Shown in pieces: positions 39,652 to 49,535 of a DNA stretch of 64,000 nucleotides (position 1 is the first letter of the stretch; the number at the start of each line of letters is the position of its first letter). The notes below the pieces were generated by a model. It made no database searches. It was not told the DNA's origin and worked only from the letters and a program-made list of their open reading frames with translations. The stretch spans positions 2,208,001 to 2,272,000 of the forward strand of contig CAUVXB020000002.1 in the NCBI GenBank assembly GCA_963555825.3. Direction: 5' to 3'. A program made the translations under genes and the position numbers. Source of the DNA: Alphaproteobacteria bacterium. GTDB taxonomy: Bacteria > Pseudomonadota > Alphaproteobacteria > JAAXGF01.

Positions 39652-40107
39652 CTAAAGCGCCAGCTCTTCGGCGAAATGGCACGAGACGAAGTGATCGTCG
39701 TCGATCTCGCGCCATTCGGGCTCCTCCGTCTTGCAACGATCCTGCGCGAAGGGGCGGCGCGTATGGAATTTTCAGCCCGGCGGCGGGTCTATCGGGCTCG
39801 GAATTTCGCCTTCGAGCTTGGTCGCCGTCTGTTCGGCGCCCGGGTCGAGGTGGGGAATAGCCGAGAGCAGCGCCTGGGTATAGGGATGACGCGGCGCCGC
39901 GAACAGGTCACGCGTCGGCGCCGTTTCGACTAGACGTCCCAGATACATCACCGCCACATGATCGCAAATATGGGCGACCACGCTGAGGTCGTGGTTGGTG
40001 AACAGGAATGTGATTTCCAAATCTCCCGTCAAAGACTTCAGGAGATTGAGGATGTCCGCCTGGATTAAGACATCAAGCACCGCCATGCTTTCGTCAGCGA
40101 CCAGGAA
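39652..40107 (-). pseudogene. Orphan 3' half of an OppF/DppF-type ATPase with in-frame stop
   Basis: FLVADES...HPYTQALLSAIP...IPSPIDPPPG*KFHTR...HFVSCHFAEELAL; paralogous to 40490-40838. Confidence 0.8.
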
Positions 40108-40170
40108 CAGCGTGTTAGGCGGTGTTAAAGCAAAAAGGGCACTGTGTTGGTTATTAGCAGAAACCCAAGT

Positions 40171-41382
40171 TTACAATGCGCAAGCGAATGGGAGCGCTAG
40201 CAGCGCTAGTATACAAGCCGTAATAGCTATACGGTTTTTTCTGCGCAATTTAGCGAGTTCGCTCGCCAGCACCTCCGCCGCCACCGGCTCCACTTCGGCC
40301 GCCGGCGCCGGCTCGAGTTTGGGCTTAGGTTCGGGCTCGGGTCGGGGTTCAGGCGCGCGAGCCGTCACGATGGCGGGGGCTTGATCCTCGAACAGTTCCT
40401 CCCACCTGTGGCAGGCCACGTCGTGTTCAAACCCGAGCTGCGACAGCATGGGTTCCTCCGTGCGGCAAATATCGATGGCATGCGGGCAACGGGTTTGGAA
40501 CTTGCAGCCGGGCGGCGGATTGGTGGGGCTGGGAATTTCGCCCTCGAGCTTCTGTGCCTGTCCGCTGTGATCCGGATCCAGGGACGGGATCGCCGAGAGC
40601 AGCGCCTTGGTATAGGGGTGACGCGGCGCCGCGAACAGCTCACGCGTCGGCGCCGTCTCGACGAGACGCCCGAGATACATCACCGCCACATGATCGCAAA
40701 TATGGGCGACCACGCTGAGGTCGTGGCTGATGAACAGGAACGTGATGCCCAATTCCTCGGTCAGGGACTTCAGAAGATTAAGAATGTCCGCCTGGATCGA
40801 GACGTCGAGCGCCGCGACGCTTTCGTCGGCAACCAGGAACTTGGGCTGGCAGACCAATGCCCGGGCAATGGATATGCGCTGGCGCTGGCCACCCGAGAAG
40901 GCATGGGGAAAGCGCCGGAGATGCTCCAGATTGAGCCGGCACATGGCGGCCATTTCACGCACCCGCGCATCCGTGTCTTTGCGCGACGCCGTCAGGCCCA
41001 TGACCTCAAGGGGTTCGGCGATAATGTCGCGCACGGTCATGCGCGGCGACAGCGCCGCGTAAGGATCCTGGAAGATCAATTGGGCGCGCTTGCGGTAGTC
41101 CTTCAGATCAGCCTTACCGAGTGAGGCGACATCGTAGTCGACCTCGCCATCATTGTAGGCGATGGTCCCATTGGTGATGGGGGCGGCCTGCAGGATGGCG
41201 CGGCCGAACGTCGTCTTGCCGGATCCGCTTTCGCCAACCAGGCCGAAGAAGGAGCCCTTCGGGATGTCGAGGGAAATGTTTTCGACGGCACGGACAACTT
41301 TCTGCTCGCCAAACAGCTTGCGGCCGAGGCCGAAATGCACCGACAGGTTTTTGGCGGAGATAAGGGGTGTTTCTTCGTTCAT
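40171..41382 (-). CDS. Oligopeptide/dipeptide ABC ATPase (OppF-like) with C-terminal Pro/Glu linker and hydrophobic tail
   Basis: GESGSGKT, FSGGQRQR, HPYTKALL, CKFQTRC. Confidence 0.9.
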   Translation of the reverse strand: MNEETPLISAKNLSVHFGLGRKLFGEQKVVRAVENISLDIPKGSFFGLVGESGSGKTTFGRAILQAAPITNGTIAYNDGEVDYDVASLGKADLKDYRKRAQLIFQDPYAALSPRMTVRDIIAEPLEVMGLTASRKDTDARVREMAAMCRLNLEHLRRFPHAFSGGQRQRISIARALVCQPKFLVADESVAALDVSIQADILNLLKSLTEELGITFLFISHDLSVVAHICDHVAVMYLGRLVETAPTRELFAAPRHPYTKALLSAIPSLDPDHSGQAQKLEGEIPSPTNPPPGCKFQTRCPHAIDICRTEEPMLSQLGFEHDVACHRWEELFEDQAPAIVTARAPEPRPEPEPKPKLEPAPAAEVEPVAAEVLASELAKLRRKNRIAITACILALLALPFACAL

Positions 41383-42398
41383 GCCGAGGCCTCCGGTACG
41401 CCGCCAGGACCGTATTGGGCGACAAAACACGATGCCACATGGCCCTCGCTCAATGTGGTCGGGGTCGGTATGTCGGCATCGCATCTGCCCTCTATCATTT
41501 GCGAACATCGCGTATGGAATACGCAGCCGGGCGGCCGGTCGAGGGGGCTCGGGATGTCGCCGGGCACCGGCGTCAGCGGCACGTCGAGCTCTTCCAGTTT
41601 CGGGATCGCATTCAGCAGTCCCTGGGTGTAGGGATGGGCCGGTTCGCGGATCACCTGGCGGACCGAGCCGGTCTCGATGAGCTTGCCCAGATACATCACG
41701 GAGACGTTGTCGGCGGTTTGCGCGATAACGCCAAGATCGTGGGTGATGAAAAGAATGCCCATGCCGTATTCGGTGACAAGACCCCTCATCAGGTCGATGA
41801 CCTGGGCTTGAATTGTGACGTCGAGCGCCGTTGTCGGCTCGTCGGCGATCAAGAGCTTGGGTTTGGTCGAAAGCGCCATGGCGATCATGGCGCGCTGGCG
41901 CATGCCGCCGGAAAACTCGAAGGCATATTGTCCGAAACGCGTGGCCGCGTCGGAAATGCCGACCCGCTCCAGCATCTCAATGGAATGGTCGCGGGCCCGC
42001 TCCTTGTTCATATCAGTGTGCAGCAGGAGTTGCTCCACCATTTGATCGCCGATCGTGATGGCCGGCGCGAAGCTCGCCATGGGTTCCTGGAAAATCATGG
42101 AAACCGCCCCGCCGCGCACGACCTTCAAGTCGCGGTCGGTTTTCAGTTTGAGCACTTCCACGCTTTCGTCGTCGGTGGTCAAGGTAATCCGGCTTTCCGG
42201 CGAATAGACCGCGTTGCCGGGATTCAATTGCATCAGCGACTTGGCTGTCACCGATTTTCCGGACCCCGATTCCCCGACCAGACCCATGATTTCACCGGGC
42301 GCCACCTCGAAGGACACGTTATCGACGGCCGTGATCAGACCTTCGTCCGTCTTGAACTGCAGGGTCAGGTTCTCAACTTTGATAAGCGGGCTACTCAT
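41379..42398 (-). CDS. Oligopeptide/dipeptide ABC ATPase (OppD-like)
   Basis: GESGSGKSVT, FSGGMRQR, ADEPTTALDVTIQAQ. Confidence 0.92.
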   Translation of the reverse strand: MSSPLIKVENLTLQFKTDEGLITAVDNVSFEVAPGEIMGLVGESGSGKSVTAKSLMQLNPGNAVYSPESRITLTTDDESVEVLKLKTDRDLKVVRGGAVSMIFQEPMASFAPAITIGDQMVEQLLLHTDMNKERARDHSIEMLERVGISDAATRFGQYAFEFSGGMRQRAMIAMALSTKPKLLIADEPTTALDVTIQAQVIDLMRGLVTEYGMGILFITHDLGVIAQTADNVSVMYLGKLIETGSVRQVIREPAHPYTQGLLNAIPKLEELDVPLTPVPGDIPSPLDRPPGCVFHTRCSQMIEGRCDADIPTPTTLSEGHVASCFVAQYGPGGVPEASA

Positions 42399-43600
42399 TA
42401 TTTGTGTCCCCCATAGGGGTCTGCCGCGTCGCGCAGCCCGTCGCCGACGAAAACAAAAGCCATGACCAGCGCCATGAAGAAAATCACCGGAATGAAGTAC
42501 CAGTGGTAGTTCAACAGGACATCCGCCCTGGTGACGTTCTGCAGCATCACGCCTAAGGAGTTGACCGGGTCCTTGAGGCCCAGGCCAATGAAGCTGAGCG
42601 CTGTTTCGCTGAGCACCATGTAGGGGAACGAAATCACCAGATCGACGATGATATAGCTGGTGAAACTGGGCAGCAAATGCTTGCGGATGACATGGCCGGG
42701 CGAGGCGCCGCAAAGCTTCGCCGCCAAGACGTAATCCTGCGAACGCTCGGTCAACAGATGCGTGCGCACGCGCCGGGCCAGGGTCGGCCAGCCGATCAAT
42801 CCCAATATGATGGAGATAAAGAGGAAGCGGAGTTCGGCGCTCCATTCATCCGGTACAAACGCCGCCAGGGCCATGAACAAAGGAATTGCCGGTATGGTTC
42901 GGACCGCATCGGTAATCATTTGCAGGACGCCATCCAACCAGCCACCGTAATAGCCCGACACGCCGCCAATCACCAGGGCCAGAATGAAGCCGATGAAAAC
43001 GCCGATGGTTCCCACCGCCAGCGATGTGTAAATGGCGTGCAGTGTCCGGGAAAAGACGTCCTTGCCGGGGCCGTCGGTGCCGAATAAATGGATTTGGCCT
43101 TGATCGACGCCAAACAGATGCGTGGTCGATTCGAGCACTTGGATATTGATGTCGAAAGCGTCACCCGGCAAATCCAGGTGTAGATCCATCAAGTGGTATT
43201 CCCAGCCCGAAACGAACAGCTCCACGTAGCGGCGTTTATCCTTGTCGACCTTGCTGACCCAGCGGAAATTGGTCGCCGCGGACCGCTCCCGACCATAGGT
43301 ATAAATAAACGGCCGCAATGAAAAACCATTGTCATCCCAAAAATAGGGTATTTGCGGGGCGCCGTTCTGGTACTCCTTATCCCGCCCCGCGATGGTCGGG
43401 TCATAGGGCGACAGGAACGGCGCGAATATGCCCATGCCGACCAAGGCTAACAGAACGACCCCTCCCACCATGGCGGATCGGTTTTTCCTGAAGCGGGCCC
43501 AGATCAATTGCAGTTGACCGGCGGTAAAATAGGCTTCCTTGCGTTTTTGTTCCGCCAGGGCGGCTTTGTCCGACAATGCGGTGCTAGCTGTATCAGTCAT
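42398..43600 (-). CDS. ABC permease (OppC-like)
   Basis: HLFGTDGPGKDVFSR, DYVLAAKLCGAS, ETALSFIGLG. Confidence 0.9.
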   Translation of the reverse strand: MTDTASTALSDKAALAEQKRKEAYFTAGQLQLIWARFRKNRSAMVGGVVLLALVGMGIFAPFLSPYDPTIAGRDKEYQNGAPQIPYFWDDNGFSLRPFIYTYGRERSAATNFRWVSKVDKDKRRYVELFVSGWEYHLMDLHLDLPGDAFDINIQVLESTTHLFGVDQGQIHLFGTDGPGKDVFSRTLHAIYTSLAVGTIGVFIGFILALVIGGVSGYYGGWLDGVLQMITDAVRTIPAIPLFMALAAFVPDEWSAELRFLFISIILGLIGWPTLARRVRTHLLTERSQDYVLAAKLCGASPGHVIRKHLLPSFTSYIIVDLVISFPYMVLSETALSFIGLGLKDPVNSLGVMLQNVTRADVLLNYHWYFIPVIFFMALVMAFVFVGDGLRDAADPYGGHK

Positions 43601-43604
43601 GATG

Positions 43605-44618
43605 TCACCCCCCACCCATGACACTTTTCCAGATTCGGGGATCGATTAGGGCCAGGAGAATATCGGTTATGAAGTTCAGGGTGACGATCGTAGCCGTGAG
43701 CATGAAAATGATGGCGCCCGCGAGCTGTTGGTCATTGGAGCGCGCCAGGGCCTCGATCAGCAGCGCACCCGATTCAGTCAGCACCAGAATCAAGGCGACG
43801 ATGGGGAGCTCGTTGAACACCCGGTTCAGATCGAACCCCAAGGAATTGATGATCGGCGCCAGGGCGTGACGCGCCGGATACCGCATCAACAATTGCCTTC
43901 CGGAAACGCCGCGGGCCGTGGCCGCGGTGACGTAGAGTTTTCCATTTTCGTCGGCCATCAAGGCCCGCACGGTTTGAAGCGCGAAGGCCGTGGCCGACCA
44001 GCCGAGAATAAAGACCGGCAACCAGGCCCGCGACAGGAAATCCCTGACCCGCGCCCAGGACCAGGCGGCGTCTCTGAATTCCTTGCTGAATAACCCCGTC
44101 AGGCTGTCGCCGAAGAGAATGGTGGAAGCCAGCATGATCATCAGCGCCAACAGGAAATTGGGCATCGCCAATCCCATATAGCTGACAAAACGAATCGAGT
44201 TATTGAGATAGGGGTTGCTCGACGACGCCGACATTATTCCGGCCGGTATGGCAATGGCGTAGGCGAGGATCAGGGCCGTCAGGCAAATAGCCAGAGAAAG
44301 CAGGAACTTTTGCCCAAGCAGCTGGTTAATGTTGACACGAAGGATGCAGCTATCACCGAAATCGCCTTTGAAAAAGACGTTCCCGACCCATCCGGCCCAA
44401 CGAATGACATAAGGTCTGTCGAGGCCCAGCCGGCGTTCTTCAGCGGCAATATCTTCTTCACTGATTTGCCCGCCCTGAAAGCTCTTATAGGAAAGGTAAC
44501 GTTCCGCGCAATTCGCGGGAACCATCTCCATCAATGTGAAAACAATAAACGATACAGTCAACAACGTGACGATGGCCAAAAAAGCTCTTGTGAGGACAAA
44601 TCGGCCAAATTGAAGCAT
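43605..44618 (-). CDS. ABC permease (OppB-like)
   Basis: LGLDRPYVIRW, YVTAATARG EAA-like loop. Confidence 0.88.
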   Translation of the reverse strand: MLQFGRFVLTRAFLAIVTLLTVSFIVFTLMEMVPANCAERYLSYKSFQGGQISEEDIAAEERRLGLDRPYVIRWAGWVGNVFFKGDFGDSCILRVNINQLLGQKFLLSLAICLTALILAYAIAIPAGIMSASSSNPYLNNSIRFVSYMGLAMPNFLLALMIMLASTILFGDSLTGLFSKEFRDAAWSWARVRDFLSRAWLPVFILGWSATAFALQTVRALMADENGKLYVTAATARGVSGRQLLMRYPARHALAPIINSLGFDLNRVFNELPIVALILVLTESGALLIEALARSNDQQLAGAIIFMLTATIVTLNFITDILLALIDPRIWKSVMGGG

Positions 44619-44687
44619 CGAACTAATTCCCCCAAACCGGCTTTCTTAGAAAGACATCGAGCCTCTGAATTCAAGAAGTGGAAATCA

Positions 44688-44712
44688 TGCCGGGCGTCGG
44701 CGACGCCCGGCA
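44688..44712 (-). terminator. Intercistronic hairpin after the SBP gene
   Basis: TGCCGGGCGTCG-G-CGACGCCCGGCA. Confidence 0.55.
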
Positions 44713-44733
44713 CAAATTTCAGATGACTAGCTT

Positions 44734-46818
44734 CTATTCGTCGAGATACCACTGAGCAGCCCTATAGGGATAAGTCCGGTAGAACTCATAGGACGCTGTC
44801 TTGAAGGTTGGGAAGTTTTTCAGCGCATTGCGGTGATAAACCGGCCCTGGAGCCAGAATAATTCCGAAATACACCAAGTTCTCAGCCATGTTCGAAACCA
44901 GTTTATTGACAGCGGCATTTGATTCAGGCGTACCGGCAACCGCTGCCTGTAATGCGTTGATGCCGTCTCTCAGGTTATCAACGAATTGTGGAGGCTTGAG
45001 GCCACTTGCGCCATCACTGTCGATGTACTGTTTCCATAATTGGCCGTTAGTCACTCCGAAATAGGTGCCAAAAGGAGCCAGGAACTTATCGTTATTACCC
45101 AGATGAATCGCAAGTGGTTGAGCAGTTGTCCACGATTGCACATCCAGTTCATTTGCCGTTTGAGCTGAACGATACTCATCCGGTGTAACTTCCTTGAAGA
45201 TGGTTTTGATGCCAACATTATTCCAGTGCTGGGCGATCAGTTCGACAACAGCCGAAGGCATACCCTGTGTCGCATATTGAATATTCACGACCAGTTTGCT
45301 GCCATCGAGAAGATCACGGAAGCCGTCACCGTCTTTGTCAACGACCCCGATTTCATCAAGCAGGTTTTTGGCTTGAGCCATATCATGCTTGATTAAGTAA
45401 TTCTGCCACTTGGGATCTACAAAATCCGGGACAGGACTAAAGCCGGTATACTGTACCGGTGTACCAAGACCGTAGTACGCAACTTCGTTAATTTCGTCAC
45501 GGTTCATCGCTACGGACATCGCCTGACGGAATTTGATGTTACTGAAAACCTTACGTTTTTCTTCATCAGCGGACGTTACGTTGATGCCGATGACTGGCGA
45601 TGAAATTGGCGGTATCAGCTCGATCGTGTAGCCACCCTTTTCCTGGTTGTCCATAAGAATAGGAGCATCAGGCAGCATTAATGACTGGTACTTATAGTCA
45701 TACTCACCATTGATCGCTTTCAGGATACGAACTTCGTTATCGTTGATGTAGACTTCGTCCTGCTCGTTCATGTACGGCAATTGATTGCCCGCCGTATCAA
45801 CCATATGGAAGTATGGATTGGCCACATAGTGCCGCCCTTCCGTGGTGTCGGCTATGGTAATGTAGGATTCCAGCGATGGCTGGATATTTGCCGGCAACTT
45901 CGACAGCTTGGAAGGAGTCCTGAGCATCGGTGACGGCACATCGGTCCAATCGGATGAGCCGTAATAGAGCAGCAGCAGCTCATAACCAGACTCGAATCCA
46001 GCGGCTTTTGCAACTTTGTCTGCATCTGGATTGATGTCCGGATGGAACTGTCCCAGGAAATGCTTAGGCTGGAAAGCCTGAGCATAATGGCCGGCAAAAT
46101 GCGACAACATTCCGGGATAGGGCACCTCTGTCGTAAAGCGTACGGTTTGCGGGTCGAGGGCTTCGACTTTCCAGGGTTTGTCACCGGCGAGCATGAAGCT
46201 TTTTGGTTTTTCAAAGATGTTCGTATCCATGTTCAGGTTGTGATACCAGAACACAACATCATCGGCTGTGAACGGCGCGCCATCAGACCATTTATGGCCT
46301 TTACGAAGTTTGAAGGTTAACTGCGTAAAATCATCGTTCCACGACCAACTCTTGGCGATGTTTGGTACGACGGTCGTCAGATCGTCGGAGAAGCGCACCA
46401 GGTTCACATGACGCGTGGACAGCAAATCGGACGTGCCGGCTTCGGTATTATTCGAAATCATATCGAAAACACCGCCGTATTTTCCGATTGCGTCATAGGG
46501 TGCGACGACCAACGGTTCATCCGGCAGGCGCTCGGCCACCGGCGGCAACGATGACGGGTTGCCGACGATGCGCCCGTTCAGCGCGCCGATGTCTGGATTT
46601 TCCGAAAATGTCAGTGTGCAGTTCGCCAGCTTCTCGAACTCCGCCAGATCGAACTGCTGCGGATATTCTCCGGCGGAAACTCCCATGTTGTCGGCCACGG
46701 TGATAGCCGGGCACGCGGCCGCGTGCGCCGCCGGCATCGGAGCGGTGAAGACGAGCAAGGCGCCAGTCATCAGCGCCGCCGTCGATAGTCCTAGGATACG
46801 TGATGTCGGTATAGTCAA
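44734..46818 (-). CDS. ABC substrate-binding protein, family 5
   Basis: Signal peptide, LPPVAERLP, LRKGHKWSDGAPFTADD, GNQLPY; TTG start after GGAG. Confidence 0.9.
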   Translation of the reverse strand: MTIPTSRILGLSTAALMTGALLVFTAPMPAAHAAACPAITVADNMGVSAGEYPQQFDLAEFEKLANCTLTFSENPDIGALNGRIVGNPSSLPPVAERLPDEPLVVAPYDAIGKYGGVFDMISNNTEAGTSDLLSTRHVNLVRFSDDLTTVVPNIAKSWSWNDDFTQLTFKLRKGHKWSDGAPFTADDVVFWYHNLNMDTNIFEKPKSFMLAGDKPWKVEALDPQTVRFTTEVPYPGMLSHFAGHYAQAFQPKHFLGQFHPDINPDADKVAKAAGFESGYELLLLYYGSSDWTDVPSPMLRTPSKLSKLPANIQPSLESYITIADTTEGRHYVANPYFHMVDTAGNQLPYMNEQDEVYINDNEVRILKAINGEYDYKYQSLMLPDAPILMDNQEKGGYTIELIPPISSPVIGINVTSADEEKRKVFSNIKFRQAMSVAMNRDEINEVAYYGLGTPVQYTGFSPVPDFVDPKWQNYLIKHDMAQAKNLLDEIGVVDKDGDGFRDLLDGSKLVVNIQYATQGMPSAVVELIAQHWNNVGIKTIFKEVTPDEYRSAQTANELDVQSWTTAQPLAIHLGNNDKFLAPFGTYFGVTNGQLWKQYIDSDGASGLKPPQFVDNLRDGINALQAAVAGTPESNAAVNKLVSNMAENLVYFGIILAPGPVYHRNALKNFPTFKTASYEFYRTYPYRAAQWYLDE

Positions 46819-47303
46819 GGCGATTCTCCCTTATCTGACAATTGTTGGGCGATGCGAACACGCTTCGCCCATAGTTTCTATGGCCTTGTCAAAGCTTAAT
46901 TGTGCGTGGCGGCCCTGATCAGTTCCCTGCGCGACGGCTTGATTTTGTTCCACCGTCTTGAATTGCTACATCAAGCAATGATCGATTTGTTTCTGTCTGT
47001 CAAGCGCCCAGGCCGGTTCATATTACCCTGTGTCTTCGACGGTGCGCCAAGGGTATCGCGCGCCCCGCGATTGGCCGGGAACCCGGCGTCGGAGGCGATC
47101 GTGCCGCCGCTGAATTCCAGCTTCGGGCGGCGCTCGATATCGGATCGCGGCCCGAGCTGTCTGGATGCACCCACCAGTGACCCGTCCGCGGCCCGTTGCG
47201 GCGACGATATTGCGTTGATTCCAAACGCACAACCACACCTGTCCATGGTTGGAATTCCGGGCTAGGGTGCCGCGTGGCTGATGTCGGTGGGAGAATCAAT
47301 GTC

Positions 47304-48272
47304 ATGAAGGTCGTTGTCGCGTTCCCGCTTCACGCCGACGCCTTGGCGCTGCTCGATCGTCGTTCCGACGTCGATTATGTCGCCTTGGGCCGCGCGGGCG
47401 CCGACGAGATCGACGCGCGCCTCGCCGACACCGACGGCATCGTCCTCGGCGTGACGCCGTTCGGCGCCGAGGTCGTTGGCCGGGCCGCGCGGTTGCGCGT
47501 CGTCTCGCGCTTCGGCGTCGGCTACGACAACGTCGACGTCGCGGCGCTCACCGCGCGCGGCATACCGCTCACCATCGTCGGCGATGCCAACTCGACCTCG
47601 GTCGCCGAGCAGACCTTCGCCTTGATGCTCGCGGCGGCGCGGCGGACCCGCGTCTGTGACGCCCATGTCCGCGGCGGCGGCTGGCGCGATGCCGTCACCG
47701 AGGGGCAGATCGAACTCGCCGGGCGGACCGTGCTCGTCGTCGGTTTCGGGCGCATCGGTCGACGGGTGGCGCGACGCTGCGCCGCCTTCGAGATGCGCGT
47801 CGTGGTCGCCGATCCCTATGTCGAGCGTGAACTGATCGAGGCCGAGGGCCACGACTATGTCGCCGATCTCCGCGCGGCGCTGGCCGACGCCGACATCGTG
47901 AGCCTGCACATGCCGGCGCACGCCGACGGGCATGCCGAGTTCGGCATCGAGGAATTCGCCGCCATGAAGCCGGGCGTCCTGTTCGTCAACACTGCCCGCG
48001 GCACGCTGGTCGACGAGGCGGCGCTCGCCCGGGCGCTGACCGATGGCCGCGTGCGCGCCGCCGGGCTCGACGTCCTGCGTGACGAGCCGCCGGCGCCCGA
48101 CAATCCCCTGCTCGGGTTCGACAACGTGGTCTTGAGTCCCCATTGCTCCGCGTTTACCGCCGAATCGTTCCGCCGCATGAGCATGGCGGCGGTGCACAAC
48201 GTGCTCGACGCATTCGACGGTTGCCTGGCGCCCGAGATGGTCGTCAACGCGGCGGTTCTCGATGCGCATTGA
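47304..48272 (+). CDS. D-2-hydroxyacid dehydrogenase (SerA-like)
   Basis: GVGYDNVD, GFGRIG, VNTARG, GLDV, LSPH. Confidence 0.9.
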   Translation: MKVVVAFPLHADALALLDRRSDVDYVALGRAGADEIDARLADTDGIVLGVTPFGAEVVGRAARLRVVSRFGVGYDNVDVAALTARGIPLTIVGDANSTSVAEQTFALMLAAARRTRVCDAHVRGGGWRDAVTEGQIELAGRTVLVVGFGRIGRRVARRCAAFEMRVVVADPYVERELIEAEGHDYVADLRAALADADIVSLHMPAHADGHAEFGIEEFAAMKPGVLFVNTARGTLVDEAALARALTDGRVRAAGLDVLRDEPPAPDNPLLGFDNVVLSPHCSAFTAESFRRMSMAAVHNVLDAFDGCLAPEMVVNAAVLDAH

Positions 48273-49347
48273 CAGCGTCGACCTCGAACGCCTGACCGGC
48301 GCCATCTTCGCCGCCGCCGGCTGCTCGGCGGCCGAGGCTGCGCGCATCGGCGAGCGTCTGGTCAAGGCGAACCTTGCGGGACACGACAGCCACGGCGTCA
48401 TCCGCGTGCCGCGTTACGTCAAGATGATGCGCGACGAGGAAGTGTTCGCCGATCGACGGATCTCGGTGGTCACCGAGAACGATGCCTTGGCGGTGGTCGA
48501 CGGCAATCTCGGATTCGGCCAGACCGTCGGGCCGCAGGCCGTCGAACTCGGCATCGCCAAGGCGGCCCGCAACGGCGTCGCGGTCATCGCGCTGCGTCGC
48601 GCCGGGCATCTCGGCTGCATCGGGGACTGGGCCGAGATGGCGGCCGACGCCGGTCTGATATCGCTCCATTTGGTGAACGTCTCGGGCAGTCTCCTGGTCG
48701 CGCCGTTCGGCGCCGTCGAGCGACGACTCGGGACCAACCCCATCGCGATCGGCGTGCCGCGTCCCGGCGAGCCCCACCTGATCCTCGACTTCGCCACCTC
48801 GGTGGTCGCCGAGGGCAAGGTGCTGGTCGCCTTGGGCGGCGGCAAGGCGTTGCCCGAGGGCAGCCTGATCGACGACGACGCGACGCTGACGACCGACCCG
48901 AGCATCTTCTATGGCTATGCCACGCCCGGCGGCGCGCCAAGCGCGCGGCTCGGTCACGGCGCGATCCGGGCGATGGCCGAGCACAAGGGCTCGGGCCTCT
49001 CGCTGATGTGCGAGCTGCTCGCCGGCGCACTCACCGGCTCGGGCTGCGCCGGGTCGGGCAAAGCCCATGTCTTCAACGGCATGCTGTCCATCTATCTCGA
49101 CGCCGCGACCTTCGACTCAGCCGACTATTTCGCCGACGAGGTGCGACGCTACCTGGACTTCTTCCAGAGCGCGAAGCCAACCGAGGCGGGCGGCGAAGTG
49201 CTGCTGCCGGGCGACGTCGAGCGGCGCAACCGCGCGGCCCGTCTGGCGCAAGGCATTCCGCTGACCGACGACGCCTGGCGCGCGCTCGTCGAGACCGCTC
49301 GCGCGGTCGGCGTCGCCGCGCAAGACATCGTCGCACCGCACTCCTGA
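48262..49347 (+). CDS. Ldh_2 family malate/lactate/ureidoglycolate dehydrogenase
   Basis: GHDSHG, VVDGNLGFGQ, GTNPIAIG, LDFATS, HKGSGL. Confidence 0.9.
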   Translation: MRIDSVDLERLTGAIFAAAGCSAAEAARIGERLVKANLAGHDSHGVIRVPRYVKMMRDEEVFADRRISVVTENDALAVVDGNLGFGQTVGPQAVELGIAKAARNGVAVIALRRAGHLGCIGDWAEMAADAGLISLHLVNVSGSLLVAPFGAVERRLGTNPIAIGVPRPGEPHLILDFATSVVAEGKVLVALGGGKALPEGSLIDDDATLTTDPSIFYGYATPGGAPSARLGHGAIRAMAEHKGSGLSLMCELLAGALTGSGCAGSGKAHVFNGMLSIYLDAATFDSADYFADEVRRYLDFFQSAKPTEAGGEVLLPGDVERRNRAARLAQGIPLTDDAWRALVETARAVGVAAQDIVAPHS

Positions 49348-49358
49348 TCTGCAATCTA

Positions 49359-49530
49359 CCAGCCCGCGCCAATGTTGATTCCAACGAGAGGGGGACCGCC
49401 GACCGTTCGGCCAATCCTTGTGGGATAAAGAATGGCCTTGTGGGATAAAGAATGGCCTTGTGGGATATAGATTGTCATGCGCGGCGATTGAGCGCAGGTC
49501 AGATTTATGCGAGTCAAAGGTGGCCGGACA
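49359..49530 (+). repeat. Repeat family R, copy D with internal 20-bp triplication
   Basis: CCTTGTGGGATAAAGAATGG at 49416, 49436 and (degenerate) 49456. Confidence 0.85.
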
Positions 49531-49535
49531 ATGAT

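Noticed and set aside
49416-49475. Three 20-bp direct repeats resembling a mini-CRISPR
   Set aside because: Contiguous tandem copies with no spacers, no cas genes, and part of repeat family R
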